Positions 48,958 through 59,977 of a stretch of DNA of 64,000 nucleotides are shown here, in pieces. Both the position numbers and the translations under genes were made by a program. The notes beneath the pieces are model-generated. The model saw nothing but the letters and a program-made list of their open reading frames with translations. It was not told the origin of the DNA and did not search any database. The DNA comes from Phallusia mammillata (taxonomy: Eukaryota), in the NCBI GenBank assembly GCA_965637545.1, contig OZ281497.1, positions 24,304,001-24,368,000 on the forward strand, in the 5' to 3' direction. Each line of letters opens with the position of its first letter. Within the stretch, counting starts at the first letter, position 1.

Positions 48958-50781
48958 GAATTTAAATGCTGGAATATAAATTACAGTGGGACTTATAATT
49001 TCGGAGGAAAATCGTTTTTGTGTGTCTAAGGTGGGCTGGTGAGTCTAAATTTGAATGATCACGTCTGTTAATCTTACTTCGGTAATTTTGTTTCGATTCA
49101 GGTAATACAGCGATGTGCCACAGGGCAAGAACATTTTCAGAAAACATGGACAGAGTGCAAACAGGCATTTGGATCTACGTCCAATGAATTTTTGCTCGGT
49201 AGGTTATTTGAAAGACTCGCGACACGCACAACAACAACAGCAACAGGAACAACGCGAACAACAGTTTGCAGGGTCTGAGTTCTTCCATATTTGAGGGTCT
49301 GTTTGTATTTGATTTAATTTACTGTGACGATAAGATAATTCCCCTTTGAATAACACTTGTGATAGGCTGGTGCAATCCCAACTGCGCCAGGAACGCAGGA
49401 ACGGCAGCTAGGCTCCAGAACAGTGGTCGGATTTAGCAGGTTCGCGCCGGTTCTATAGTATTGTCTCACTAAATTTTATGAGATCAGCGAACCAGTTAGC
49501 ATTATTGGTTACTGTCAATGGACTTTTTTGTAACAGAACCGGCTAAACAATATGACTTTTGTGATAGAACCGACTGACAAAAAAAATGAATCCCACTATT
49601 GCTCCGAAGCACTTCTGTATGCGACAGGGCATAGAAAAGGAAAATTGGAAACTACGACAGGAGCTTACAAAGCCACAGCAGGCTATAATTTTAGCCTATA
49701 CATTGTCGCATAGAGATATGCTTAGGAGATTTTCCTGACTGTGGTGTGTTAAGTTTTGGGTTTTCCGGTCTGTATGAACGTGTTGCAACACACATTAAGC
49801 AGTAGTGCTATTTTTGCAGCAATTTTCGGATTGGTCCGGAGACCGACAATTCGCGTTTGAACATATCGGGATATGTGACGTCATCCACTGCTCCCGATGC
49901 GATGTTTTATACAAACATGGTTGTTTTAGATCCGAATGGACGTCACAACGGAATGAAATTTAGCACTTACGACAAAGACAACGATATCGGGTGAGTTTCA
50001 AGCCTTGTTTGATTGCTGCAACCTGATGTTGTAATTCAGTTCAGATGAATATTTTGGCAAAGTAAGCATGTTTAAAGTTTTAATGCAAGGGAGGCGCCAT
50101 ATCGACAATAGAGAGACAAATTTTTAGCGGAGACTTTTATGTTTCAAGTAGGCTTTTTCCGGTTGATTCTGCAATAAAGCATCGTGCTTCTTTGGCACTC
50201 TTTAGTCACCGGTGATCACTAAGTGCGAGGCCCCTATAAGAGCCTTTCTGTCGTAAAATTAAGGTTGTGAGTAAGACGTTTGTGTTAAATAACCTGACCG
50301 ATTTGGATCAAAAGTACATAAAATGATTTTCAATTCAAACATTTTCCGTGATCAGCATCACACGGTGGTAGTCATAATTTAGTTACCTAATCTTTTAAAT
50401 CCTTATTACTTGTAGGCTATTTAGAGAACGCGTTTTTTCGTTATGCTACCGTTCCAAATTCATTAACATGTCTAGAAGTAAACCGACCACTTATTGATGA
50501 AAAGTTATCCTCATTAAATTTACATTGGCAGTTGGGGTATCGGTGTCACGATGGCCTTTTAAGGGTTGTCTTCCGGATCTGTGACAGTACCTTTGATCGT
50601 CACACTTTTCTAGTATCTAAGTTTTGCTCCCCGCTATATTTTTGAGAGGAACATACACTCTCGTCACCTTCTAATAAACTTACTGATTTGTAACCATGTC
50701 AATGTTTTTACCTAACAGAGGGGCCAATTGTACCAGTAGGGGGGTGGTGGCTGGTGGTACGGTCAGTGCGACTGGGCAAAC
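48958..50781 (+). pseudogene. Fibrinogen-related domain (FReD) pseudogene
   Basis: Exon 49102-49198 VIQRCATGQEHFQKTWTECKQAFGSTSNEFLL(G). Exon 49820-49990 NFRIGPETDNSRLNISGY...TAPDAM...HNGMKFSTYDKDNDI. Exon from 50719 GANCTSRG/GGGWWYGQCDWAN, with a 1-nt frameshift in a G run (50739-50744). A possible upstream exon ~48958-49038 (SGTY..LCV*GGL) carries a stop. Confidence 0.85.
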
Positions 50782-51660
50782 AGGCGGCACTGTTCAAACA
50801 AAAAGGCGTTCAAGGATGTGTTTTTTTTTGCAAGTCCGCTGTGACTAAAGATTTGCTTGCTATATCTGGTGTTGTTTTTTGTTTCGATCAACAATATATT
50901 CTGGGATAACTTTGCACAAATACAGCAAATGTCACATTTCATTGAAAAGTCATCGCACACCAAAGTAGCGATTTTTGCCAATTTCGTGTGTTCAAAGTAT
51001 GACGTTTCGAGTGACTATGTTTTAACATACTTAATGGATAACAGATTACCTTTCAGGCTACCATCGTCGTCTTTTAGGCCTCTATATCATCAATACCATG
51101 TGACAAGATGTTTGTATTACAGATGTGGCGTGTTGTAAGTAGGATGTGTAAATGGTTTGGGTTGTGCTGAGTATCTAAAATGTATTTAAATCTTGCGTTG
51201 GACTTTTCAGTGCTTATTACGTTAGAAAAAGTACAACGTTGCACTGGAGTGAAAAAAAAGTTTCGTATAATTTTAGGATTCATGTTTTTCACTTTCTGTG
51301 AACAATAGTTTATGTTTTGAGGTTCGCATACCTCAATGGGGGTGTTGCAACTAAAAACAGATTTAGCCAAAAAGGGGGTGTTGCAACTAAAAACAGCTTT
51401 AACCTAATGAAATGGTCGGTTTTGTTTTATTTGCAAAGACTGTAAGATTACCCTAATACTTAAAGCCTAATATTTACCTAATATGTTGCACAGCAAAGTT
51501 CACTAAAATCAATCGACATGATTAATTTAAAAAGGAAACCCAGCACTAAAACGCTGAATAACGCATTAAGCCGAATGAGATGAGGTTAAAGTCTGTAAGA
51601 TTAACCTAATACGCTTTCGGTTGGTTGTATTATATTTACGTTTGTTGTTTTGAATTTTAG

Positions 51661-51855
51661 TTAAAATACAAGCTGGTGTTTATGATGTACGACGGAGAAC
51701 CGGGCGAGAGCATCATACGAACCGCTGAAGCAGAAAAGTGTGACGCCATAGTGATGGGAGGTTTAGGAGCTATACGGCGCACCATCTTAGGATCTGTCAG
51801 CGATTACGTATTGCACCACTCCAAAATCCCAGTCTTGATTTGCCCAAAGAAATAA
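51661..51855 (+). pseudogene. Orphan duplicate of USP exon 4 with in-frame 6-nt deletion
   Basis: No exons 1-3 upstream; MGSRGLG becomes MGGLG (tcacgt lost at 51759/51760). Confidence 0.85.
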
Positions 51856-53498
51856 AAAAAAAACTTTACTGTATCGAATTAGAGGAACTTCAATTAACGA
51901 CTGTCTCGTGTTATTTGTCCGAAAATTAAACGCAAAATTTCCTGGTAATAATTTTCCTTGTATTTGTTGGATTAAATAGTTTTCGATATTGATTATTTTG
52001 TTGTAGTTGTTCAAAATAAAAAACGACAAAACTGATACATAAAATGTGCACTATTTTGGAACACAATTTTATTTATCTTACCCATTACATTTTGGTTTTG
52101 TGTTTCTCCTGTTCAAGTTTTTCATACATCATAATAAATGTAACATGAGTTTGGCAAATGATTTTTCTCGTTTTTTAGCAAATACGACCGATTCCTCGAA
52201 CAAAGGGAACACTCAAAACCTGATACAATTACTGTGGTTTCAAGCTGTGTAGGCTCCGACAGATATGCAAATATGCATAGTAACATCTAAGATGAATATA
52301 CATTCTTTACTAGGATCGGCCCTAAAACTACACCAAGCCTTATGAAGGCGTCATACCGAATCCAGCCAGTCTCAGGCCAGATGTTTCTAGTGCGTACCTT
52401 ATGGAATGTGGGAGGGGGTGCTGGTTTGATTTAGTATAATGCATTTAATAGGTCCGGTTTACTATGGTTTACTATGCAGTATGGCTTGATCGCTGGTATG
52501 CAAGGGCGTTTCATGGTTGATCTCACTAGGCCTGTCGTACCATGGTGCATATTATTAGTATATAATTTTGTCAATTTAAGATTTACGCACGTAGCATAAT
52601 TTGTTTTATGGAATGTGGATAGTTTTTAAAATTTGTGTTATGTATACTGTACTGGTTTGACGTAAGGTAATTGGCATGTATAAAAAAATTTGACATCTTT
52701 TTTTAAAACAAACAGACAATTCAAGCACAAAATTCAGGAATGCATTGAAGTACATCAACACAACAATAAGACACCAGTCGGCAATCATAACATAAGTCAC
52801 AATGAAACGTCACAATCATGAAGTTTAATAATAATGAAAAAACAATCGTCATTTCAAAACAATATAGCGTCTCTTTGACGCCAGCTGACAAAACAACGTC
52901 ATAATCAATCAAAACCTTTAACAAATGGTGGAATTCCATGTATTAAAGTATACCAGAACAATTAAATGCCAAAATTATCCAGAAATTCAAAACAATAGAC
53001 ATATATTTCCAATTAGTTAAATTTACTGATACAGAATAACCACAAACCAATAACGTTTCAACACAAATGGCGGAATTCTATGCAGTTGACTTTACCAAAA
53101 CAATTTAATGACAATATCAATCGAAACATAAACTAAACTTTAAAAAGAATTCGAGGCACTTAATTGAATTCAAGTCAAATAGGTATCAGAACATCCTGTT
53201 GTATGTTATGGATGCATTTGATGGCATTTGACAAATGCAGTTATTTAAGCAGACCTGTACAAACCAGTAGGGAGCATTTGAGATATGGAGATTGCAGATG
53301 GATGGATCATTAGCAATGCCAAAGGAACCTATTTGTAGCAAAATTATTTTGGTGAACTGGTAGTTGCGTTGATCAAAAGTTTAAAAACAAAACTAGTTTG
53401 CAAGTTTAAAGCAAAACTATCGCATTTTTTAATACCAATGCCACCGTATTTAGATTAAAAATGTTTTTGTCACAGCAAACTATATATCTAAGCAAATA

Positions 53499-56400
53499 AT
53501 GAATTATTTTTTTCTTGCCATTTTTGTAGCTTCTTTTGTTGGCAAAGGTGAGGCTAGCTTGATTCGTCATTGTCCACTACTGTAAAATATAACTTTTCTA
53601 AGGCTACATGTGTGAGGGACTAAAACGCACCTGGTAGTCTGCTTGTGTGGACAACAAGTAAAGCCAATCATATTGTTGTTGCAGGGCTTGGGATCCATTG
53701 TTACTCTTGCGTGTATGTTCCGAATATGGCACCTTATGCGGGTTGCAGAGGACCGAATATCAACGCTGAGTACATAGAAGACTGCCCAGAAGATACCTTT
53801 TGCAGTGTCCGCAAAAGACACTTTACTGGTGACTTGTTTTGTAGTTATCGTGTCATATTTGTGGTCTTTGCCTTATTTTTTTCCCGGTAGGCGGGCAACA
53901 CCTGAATGCGTTATGTTCACAATGAGTCCGCCACCCAGCTGCACGCTTCTATTGCAAGTCTGTTAAATCAATTTTTAATTTTTTTTTCATTATTTCAATT
54001 TATGGGGATGGTGACCTCCATTTGTTTTAACTTATCAGGACACCAGTGTGTTGATAGCAATGCTGCTTAAGTTTCTTACGTAAAAAACACGAGTCGCCGG
54101 GAGAGGATTAGAACCTATACCACTGGTGTGTTTCCACAGTCGATTTGGCAACATTTGGTCAAAACTAATAATTAATCGCTCAATGCTTTGCTAAAAGCAT
54201 GTTGTTTGTTGCTTTCTGCAGTTTTAATTATAACACGAAACGTTTAGCAAAACGTTTACCTTGATCACATAAAAAACTTGTCATGCAATTTTGTGATAAA
54301 CATCGCTGCGTCCAAAGTGGAAATGTGGTGTTAAGTGACATACAAGTTTTAAAGAAAATTTCGTTGTTTCACTACCTGTATGTTTGTAACATTCTAGAGC
54401 AGGGGTTTTCAACCTTTTTTTGCTCATGGCCCACTAAATTAGTAAAAAATGGCGTTGGCCCATTAACGTTTAATGAAAAACACCTAATGAAAAACTTCAT
54501 CAACGAAAAACACCAAGTTTCAACAACACAATGAAAAACTTCAACGAAAAGCGCCAAGTTTCAACAACACAATGAAAAACTTCAATGAAAAACTTCATCA
54601 ACGAAAAACACCAAGTTTCAACAACACAATAAATTAATCAGCTGAACATTCACACAAATTTAATGAGAAGGTTGTTGCTGTAGTTTGTCCACAAGACTTT
54701 GTATTCTGGGTGCAGTCGATGAGAGAGCGCACCGTATGTCAGCTGCAACATCAAGTCTGTTGCGCGGCTTGGATTTTATGTTCAATAGGGATGAAAATGC
54801 TGACTCACACAACCACGTGGTGGTGAAAGGCAGTAGTTTCATAAGACAATTTTTGCTGATTTGTGAATATGATGAGGACACTTGGATCCAGAATTCAGTG
54901 ACAGGCACATCTTCAAATAGGTCACGACAGCCTGAGTCATTTCTAAGGTCAATTAGTTCATCTTGTAACTCGTCATCCACTTGCTCAATATCAACACGAA
55001 ATGGATTCCTCACAAGTGTGAAAGCATCTCTGCTAAGCTCTGGAAAGTAGGATTTGAATTCAGTTTGTAGAGTACCAAGGTGGTCTGCCACTTCATCCCT
55101 AATCTCATCATCCACATCAGATATACATGCGAAACTGTGAAACATGTCAAAGTTACCATTTGTCACTTTACGTCTCCAATTGCCCAGCTTTTCAACAAAT
55201 GCCCTTGTAAAGTCCACAAACTGAATGATATCTTTTCCTTTTCCTTGCATTTTTAAATTCAGCTGGTTCAAAGCTTCAAAAATATCCACCAAATATGCCA
55301 AGCAAGAAAGGAACTTTACATTTTCAAAATGTACTGCAAGTTCAGGTTTTGCTGTTCCCAGAAAGACCTTTATCTCATCATGGAGCTCAAACACTCTGGC
55401 TACAAGGTTACCTCTTGACAGCCATCGTACTTTGGTGTAGTAGAGAAGTTGCTTATGTTCAGAATTTAGGCCTTCACACAACTTCCGGAACAATCGAGTA
55501 TTTAATGCGCTGTTTTTGATATAATTGACGCTTTTAACGACCACATCAAAAGCGCATTTAAGACCGTCAGGTAAGGTTTTTGAAGCTAATGCTGCGCGAT
55601 GAATAAAGCAGTGAGTGGTCACAAGATTAGGTGCTTTGTTCTTTACGAGCGTCTGGAATCCACTCTTGGCACCTAACATGGCTGGTGCGCCATCAGTGCA
55701 CACACCACACAAACTTGCCCAACTTATGTTCTCTTTATCAAAAAAATCCTCGACCTTAGCCATTACATCTTTTGCCTTTGTGGTGGTTTCCAATTCACTG
55801 CAAAAGAGCAGCTCTTCTTTCACATTTTTCTCTGTTACATAGCGAACAAAGGCCATTAGTTGAGCTGCTGAAGAAACATCTGTTGATTCATCCAGTTGCA
55901 GAGCAAACAAACCAAACAATGACTTATCTTTAACTTCGGTGACCACTTGCTCTTTTATATCATTCGCCATAAAATCAATTCTTCTCTGAACTGTGTTGTC
56001 CGACAAAGGAATTGACTTTATCTTTCTTTCACTTTCTTCACCCAATACATTTCGAACCATAGCCAGAGCACTTGGCTTTACAAGAGTCTCATCAATATTA
56101 TGAGCCTTTTTCTGTTTAGCAATAAGTAGGCTCACTTCAAAAGATGCCTCTGTCAGTTTCTTATCTGTACGTGCAAACGATCCAGTCTTGTCAAGTCGTT
56201 GACGCTTCAAACCGTTTTCCAGTCTTTTAAAGTATTCAATATCTTTTCCCTTAAGGCCAGGATGATTCTTTTCCAAATGATTTTGTAATTTGGATGGTCG
56301 CAGTGATTCATTACTCAAAACACGATAGCAAATGACACATTGACCCTTTTCCTCACCTCGATCACTGAATGAAGTAAACCCATACTTTATAAAATCTTGA

Positions 56401-57076
56401 TTGAATTTTCTTTTTGCCATGCTAAATTATTAAAATCTTTATGCTATTAAACGTTAAATTGAATCATGTCTAAAATCAAAATTGAATTTATTTAACGCTT
56501 GTACAGTATTTCAAATTCACTGCCCAGTGCCCACTCAACCAAAGTGTACCAGCATCAACGCAAGACAGCAACTTCCATAAACAGTTAAGCATTGTTAGCA
56601 GAAATTATGTCGTCACAAACGTAACGTTCTGTGTTGAATGTTCATAATGACATGATTTCTGATATCGCTGTATGCCAAGCTCTGTGGCCCACTGAAAACA
56701 GCGTCATGGCCCACTACTGGGCCATGGCCCATAGGTTGAAAACCTCTGTTCTAGAGGAACCGAGATACTATCGCAGGTGTGGTCTTGGAGGCAGTGGAGT
56801 TTTGGTACAGAATTGCACAACATGTGAGCATTCGTTTTAGTAATAACTTTACATAACTGACAGAATTGTTCAACATTGTTATAAACATTGGTATCTCAAT
56901 TGTCAATTGTCTTCTCTCAATTGTCTTATAGTTTGCACAAATTAATACATTTTATTGTGAGTGGACAAGTCCAGAGTGTTGTGTAAAAGTAAATTTGTCT
57001 TGGATATAAACTGCTACCCTTTTATGATGTTGTATATTTTTGTACTGTAGATCTCTGCAATAAAAAGAACGCATAG
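53499..57076 (+). CDS. Secreted Ly6/uPAR protein A2, 95 aa; a hAT transposon sits on its exon-3 acceptor
   Basis: Exons 53499-53547, 53685-53828, 56755-56823, 57051-57076: MNYFFLAIFVASFVGKGLGIHCYSCVYVPNMAPYAGCRGPNINAEYIEDCPEDTFCSVRKRHFTEEPRYYRRCGLGGSGVLVQNCTTYLCNKKNA. The ORF is intact if the element is spliced out. Confidence 0.82.
54487..54629. repeat. ~45-bp minisatellite (3 units) in the hAT subterminal region
   Basis: atgaaaaacttcatcaacgaaaaacaccaagtttcaacaacaca repeated with small indels. Confidence 0.8.
54660..56420 (-). CDS. hAT transposase (ZBED5/ZBED8/SCAND3-like), 586 aa, uninterrupted
   Basis: BED finger CVIC...HLEKNH; catalytic LDESTD, TDGAPAM and LCESAFS; HCFIH (CxxH) and VRWLSRG motifs; C-terminal dimerisation region. 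Confidence 0.96.
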   Translation of the reverse strand: MAKRKFNQDFIKYGFTSFSDRGEEKGQCVICYRVLSNESLRPSKLQNHLEKNHPGLKGKDIEYFKRLENGLKRQRLDKTGSFARTDKKLTEASFEVSLLIAKQKKAHNIDETLVKPSALAMVRNVLGEESERKIKSIPLSDNTVQRRIDFMANDIKEQVVTEVKDKSLFGLFALQLDESTDVSSAAQLMAFVRYVTEKNVKEELLFCSELETTTKAKDVMAKVEDFFDKENISWASLCGVCTDGAPAMLGAKSGFQTLVKNKAPNLVTTHCFIHRAALASKTLPDGLKCAFDVVVKSVNYIKNSALNTRLFRKLCEGLNSEHKQLLYYTKVRWLSRGNLVARVFELHDEIKVFLGTAKPELAVHFENVKFLSCLAYLVDIFEALNQLNLKMQGKGKDIIQFVDFTRAFVEKLGNWRRKVTNGNFDMFHSFACISDVDDEIRDEVADHLGTLQTEFKSYFPELSRDAFTLVRNPFRVDIEQVDDELQDELIDLRNDSGCRDLFEDVPVTEFWIQVSSSYSQISKNCLMKLLPFTTTWLCESAFSSLLNIKSKPRNRLDVAADIRCALSSTAPRIQSLVDKLQQQPSH

Positions 57077-58559
57077 ATGGGAATCAACCAAGATTGTGTG
57101 GACAATTGTGCACAAATAAGTCCACCACAATAAACTGATTGCCCAGTGCTTTTGTATTTTTGTTTATTTCATAGTCCATAAGACAGATTACTTGTAAACA
57201 AACTAACAAAAGTCGTTTTTGATTAGTAAAAACAGCAAACAACAACGTTCTTTTAGTGACACTGGTTATATGTAACTAATCTTGTAGGTTATTGCACCAC
57301 CGAAAATAAACTTAGTGCAAGCAGCATAATTTAAAAAGCTACGTTCATATGCATTATCTTAAACGACGTTGAGTTGAGATTATTTCGATTGGCAAAAGAA
57401 CACATAGCGACACAATCGCAGTAAAACAATCACCAAGACGGAAATAGCTGCGGAGCGCGAAACAGTCAAGGAAACAATTGATGGATCATGGCAAAACGCG
57501 ATGCAGCTACACCTTATTGCACAGCGTTATGTGACCAAGGCCTAGTTTGGCGCACAGTAAGTAAACACGACGAATGACGAAACGTTGGTTAAACCAGTCG
57601 AGGTACTTCTAACAAAACTAATAGCCCATAGTTACATACAGATCACTCTGCTTAAAGCTAAACGTAACTCATACAGGAGCAGATCAACTAAAAAAACGAG
57701 CATGACTTTTCGTATTTCCTTTCATCTAATTTTCTAAGACAAAATGACACTTTCAGGGAAAATTAAATATTGTTAAACTGTAACTAAAATTGTGTCTTTG
57801 AAGCACTAATCATCTAATTTGTCAATTATCGACAGTTAAAGTTCTGAAAAAGTGCTTATTAGTTCCAGCACCCCACTTTTATTTCAGGTCTATCAAAAAG
57901 ATTAGCCTAGTACCGCCTTGGTTTAAATGCGATTGAACCCAGCACTTAAAGAGTTGTCAAAACGCCAGTAGCTCAACTTAATAGAACAATTCAACAAAAC
58001 AATCCGTAATTCGAAACAGAAGAAGGATATCCATAAATGTTTAGCAAAACAATTTAAGGACACAATCAATCAGAGTTTTAACCAATCAGTTAAATGCGAC
58101 AGAGTCAACTTAACAATTGATCGACAACTTCAAATTCAATAAAACACTAGCCAAAATGTTATGTGTTTGCGTAAACAGTTTGAAGACATCAGAACAATAA
58201 AACGAAACAACCAATTTCCACAAAAAAGACAGAATTCAGGACAATTAGGCGACAATATTATTTAAAATGCAAAACAGAATTAGGCAGGCTTCCAGACATG
58301 TAATTGAATTAAAAAGAATTCTTTGTCATCACATTGTGAAGTAAACAATTGCTTTAGCCTACTATGACATATCAATAGAAAAATGGGGGTATTAAAGCAG
58401 GCCAATACATAACACTAATGTGCATTTCAGCTGGATAAGGCGCATTAAAACAGTATAATAAAGAAAATTAAAATCGCCAGATTCATCAAAAAATTCTTTA
58501 TTTTATTGTAAATATTGTTGTGTACTGTATAAATAACTTTCCTCTGTAGTATACTGCAA

Positions 58560-58886
58560 CAGAGTTGTAAGTTGGACCGGGCTTTTTGGGATTGGGTTTC
58601 TTAAAAAAACAGGTTTGATTCGGGCCTGACTTTACATTCTGTGTTAGTATTTATTTAAATACATTTGACTAGCTTGGTAGCTAGTTGCTGGACCTGATCT
58701 AATGCCAAACAGCTCTAAAACGCCTTGTTTAAGACCAAAGGTCTATTGTTGCGGTTGTCTTGGTTATTTCTGAGGCTATATAATGAACACGCTTATATAT
58801 CAATCAAACTCTCAGGCCCAAACGGTCTTCCCAAAAACGATTTGGGTTCGGGCCTGGTTTTAGTTTTAGGCCCGTTTACAGCTCTG
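58560..58886. mobile_element. hAT MITE of the 35236-35663 family (duplicate of 43910-44231)
   Basis: cagagttgtaa / ttacagctctg ends; perfect TSD tactgcaa. Confidence 0.8.
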
Positions 58887-59977
58887 TACTGCAATAAAGT
58901 TTTTGTGCACCTGGTAAATTTATACTTGTTCAGTTTACAAAATTACACAAATTTTATTGTTATTGCATATTGTTGTAAGTGTGGTTTTGCGTAAACCTGA
59001 AGCGTCTGTGGCGCCTATAATCCAATGCATATAAGGTGAGCCGTTGGTTTCTACAACTAACTTTCAATTACTGAGCAACTCTTTAACCACTACAGAAACT
59101 TTACGAAATTTAGAAGATCTTAATTATTGATTGATTCTATACGTTGCGATATACAGTTTATACAAATTGATACATTGCAATAACAGGATAAAAGGGATAA
59201 TTGATGATGTCTTAATTGGTTGCAAAGGGTATTTAGGTGAATATGACTGGCCTTTCTTTTTGCCTGATTTGGTTTTTATTGATTTTGAAACTTGATTTTC
59301 CTATTGTATTGCAGGCCTGTGCGATATCGGCAAGAAAGGGACAGAACATCCAAAAATTCGGCTGCATAATTGAGTCTTAAATACAATAAACAGACTTTCC
59401 AAAGCTCATGTGTTTTGTTCATTGTTTAGACTTTAAAAGCAGTTTACTTACAACAATCAAAACCTATTTTTAATTACGAAATTACGGTTTGGGATGCAAA
59501 TGGCAACAACGTTCTTTTTGCAAAGGACATTTTGTCTATACCAAGTGAAGTAGGTAACACATACCACCTGGAAGTACGTTAAATGCAAGTTAGCACGATG
59601 AAGGACTCATTGCGGGCATAACGCATTTAGGCGTTGCCCGCCACCGAGGACAAATATGTAACAAACAAACTTCCACCTTTTGGGATGAGACAACTTGGGT
59701 AACAAAAAGTTAGCTAGAAAGCCAGGGTATACATCGTTTTAAAATGTGTATGACCACAATACAATAAAAGCGTTTAGACAAAGCACGAAACTGTACAACA
59801 CAAAAACGGTTCTAAAAAGAAGGTGAGGACTTTCACTTTTTTTCTAAAACTTTTTCCAGTTTTTTCACAATTTGAAGTGTTTCTATGGAACAACTATAGT
59901 ATCTAAGTATCAACGTTCATAGTGTTCTGTGTCGTTAATATTTATGTGCTTAGCTCAACCGAATCCCACTCTTATAG

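Larger units (their letters stand above)
39234..51388. repeat. Tandem segmental duplication, copy 1 (~12.2 kb)
   Basis: Continuous collinear similarity of 39234-48900 to 51389-64000; e.g. USP exon 4 differs by 3 substitutions plus a 6-nt deletion. Confidence 0.93.
54400..56748 (-). mobile_element. Full-length hAT transposon, Buster/Charlie family, 2349 bp
   Basis: 16-bp TIRs caggggttttcaacct / aggttgaaaacctctg (1 mismatch); perfect 8-bp TSD ttctagag; single transposase ORF; absent from duplication copy 1. Confidence 0.97.

Noticed and set aside
54685-55842. Plus-strand ORFs inside the transposon
   Set aside because: Antisense shadows of the transposase reading frame.
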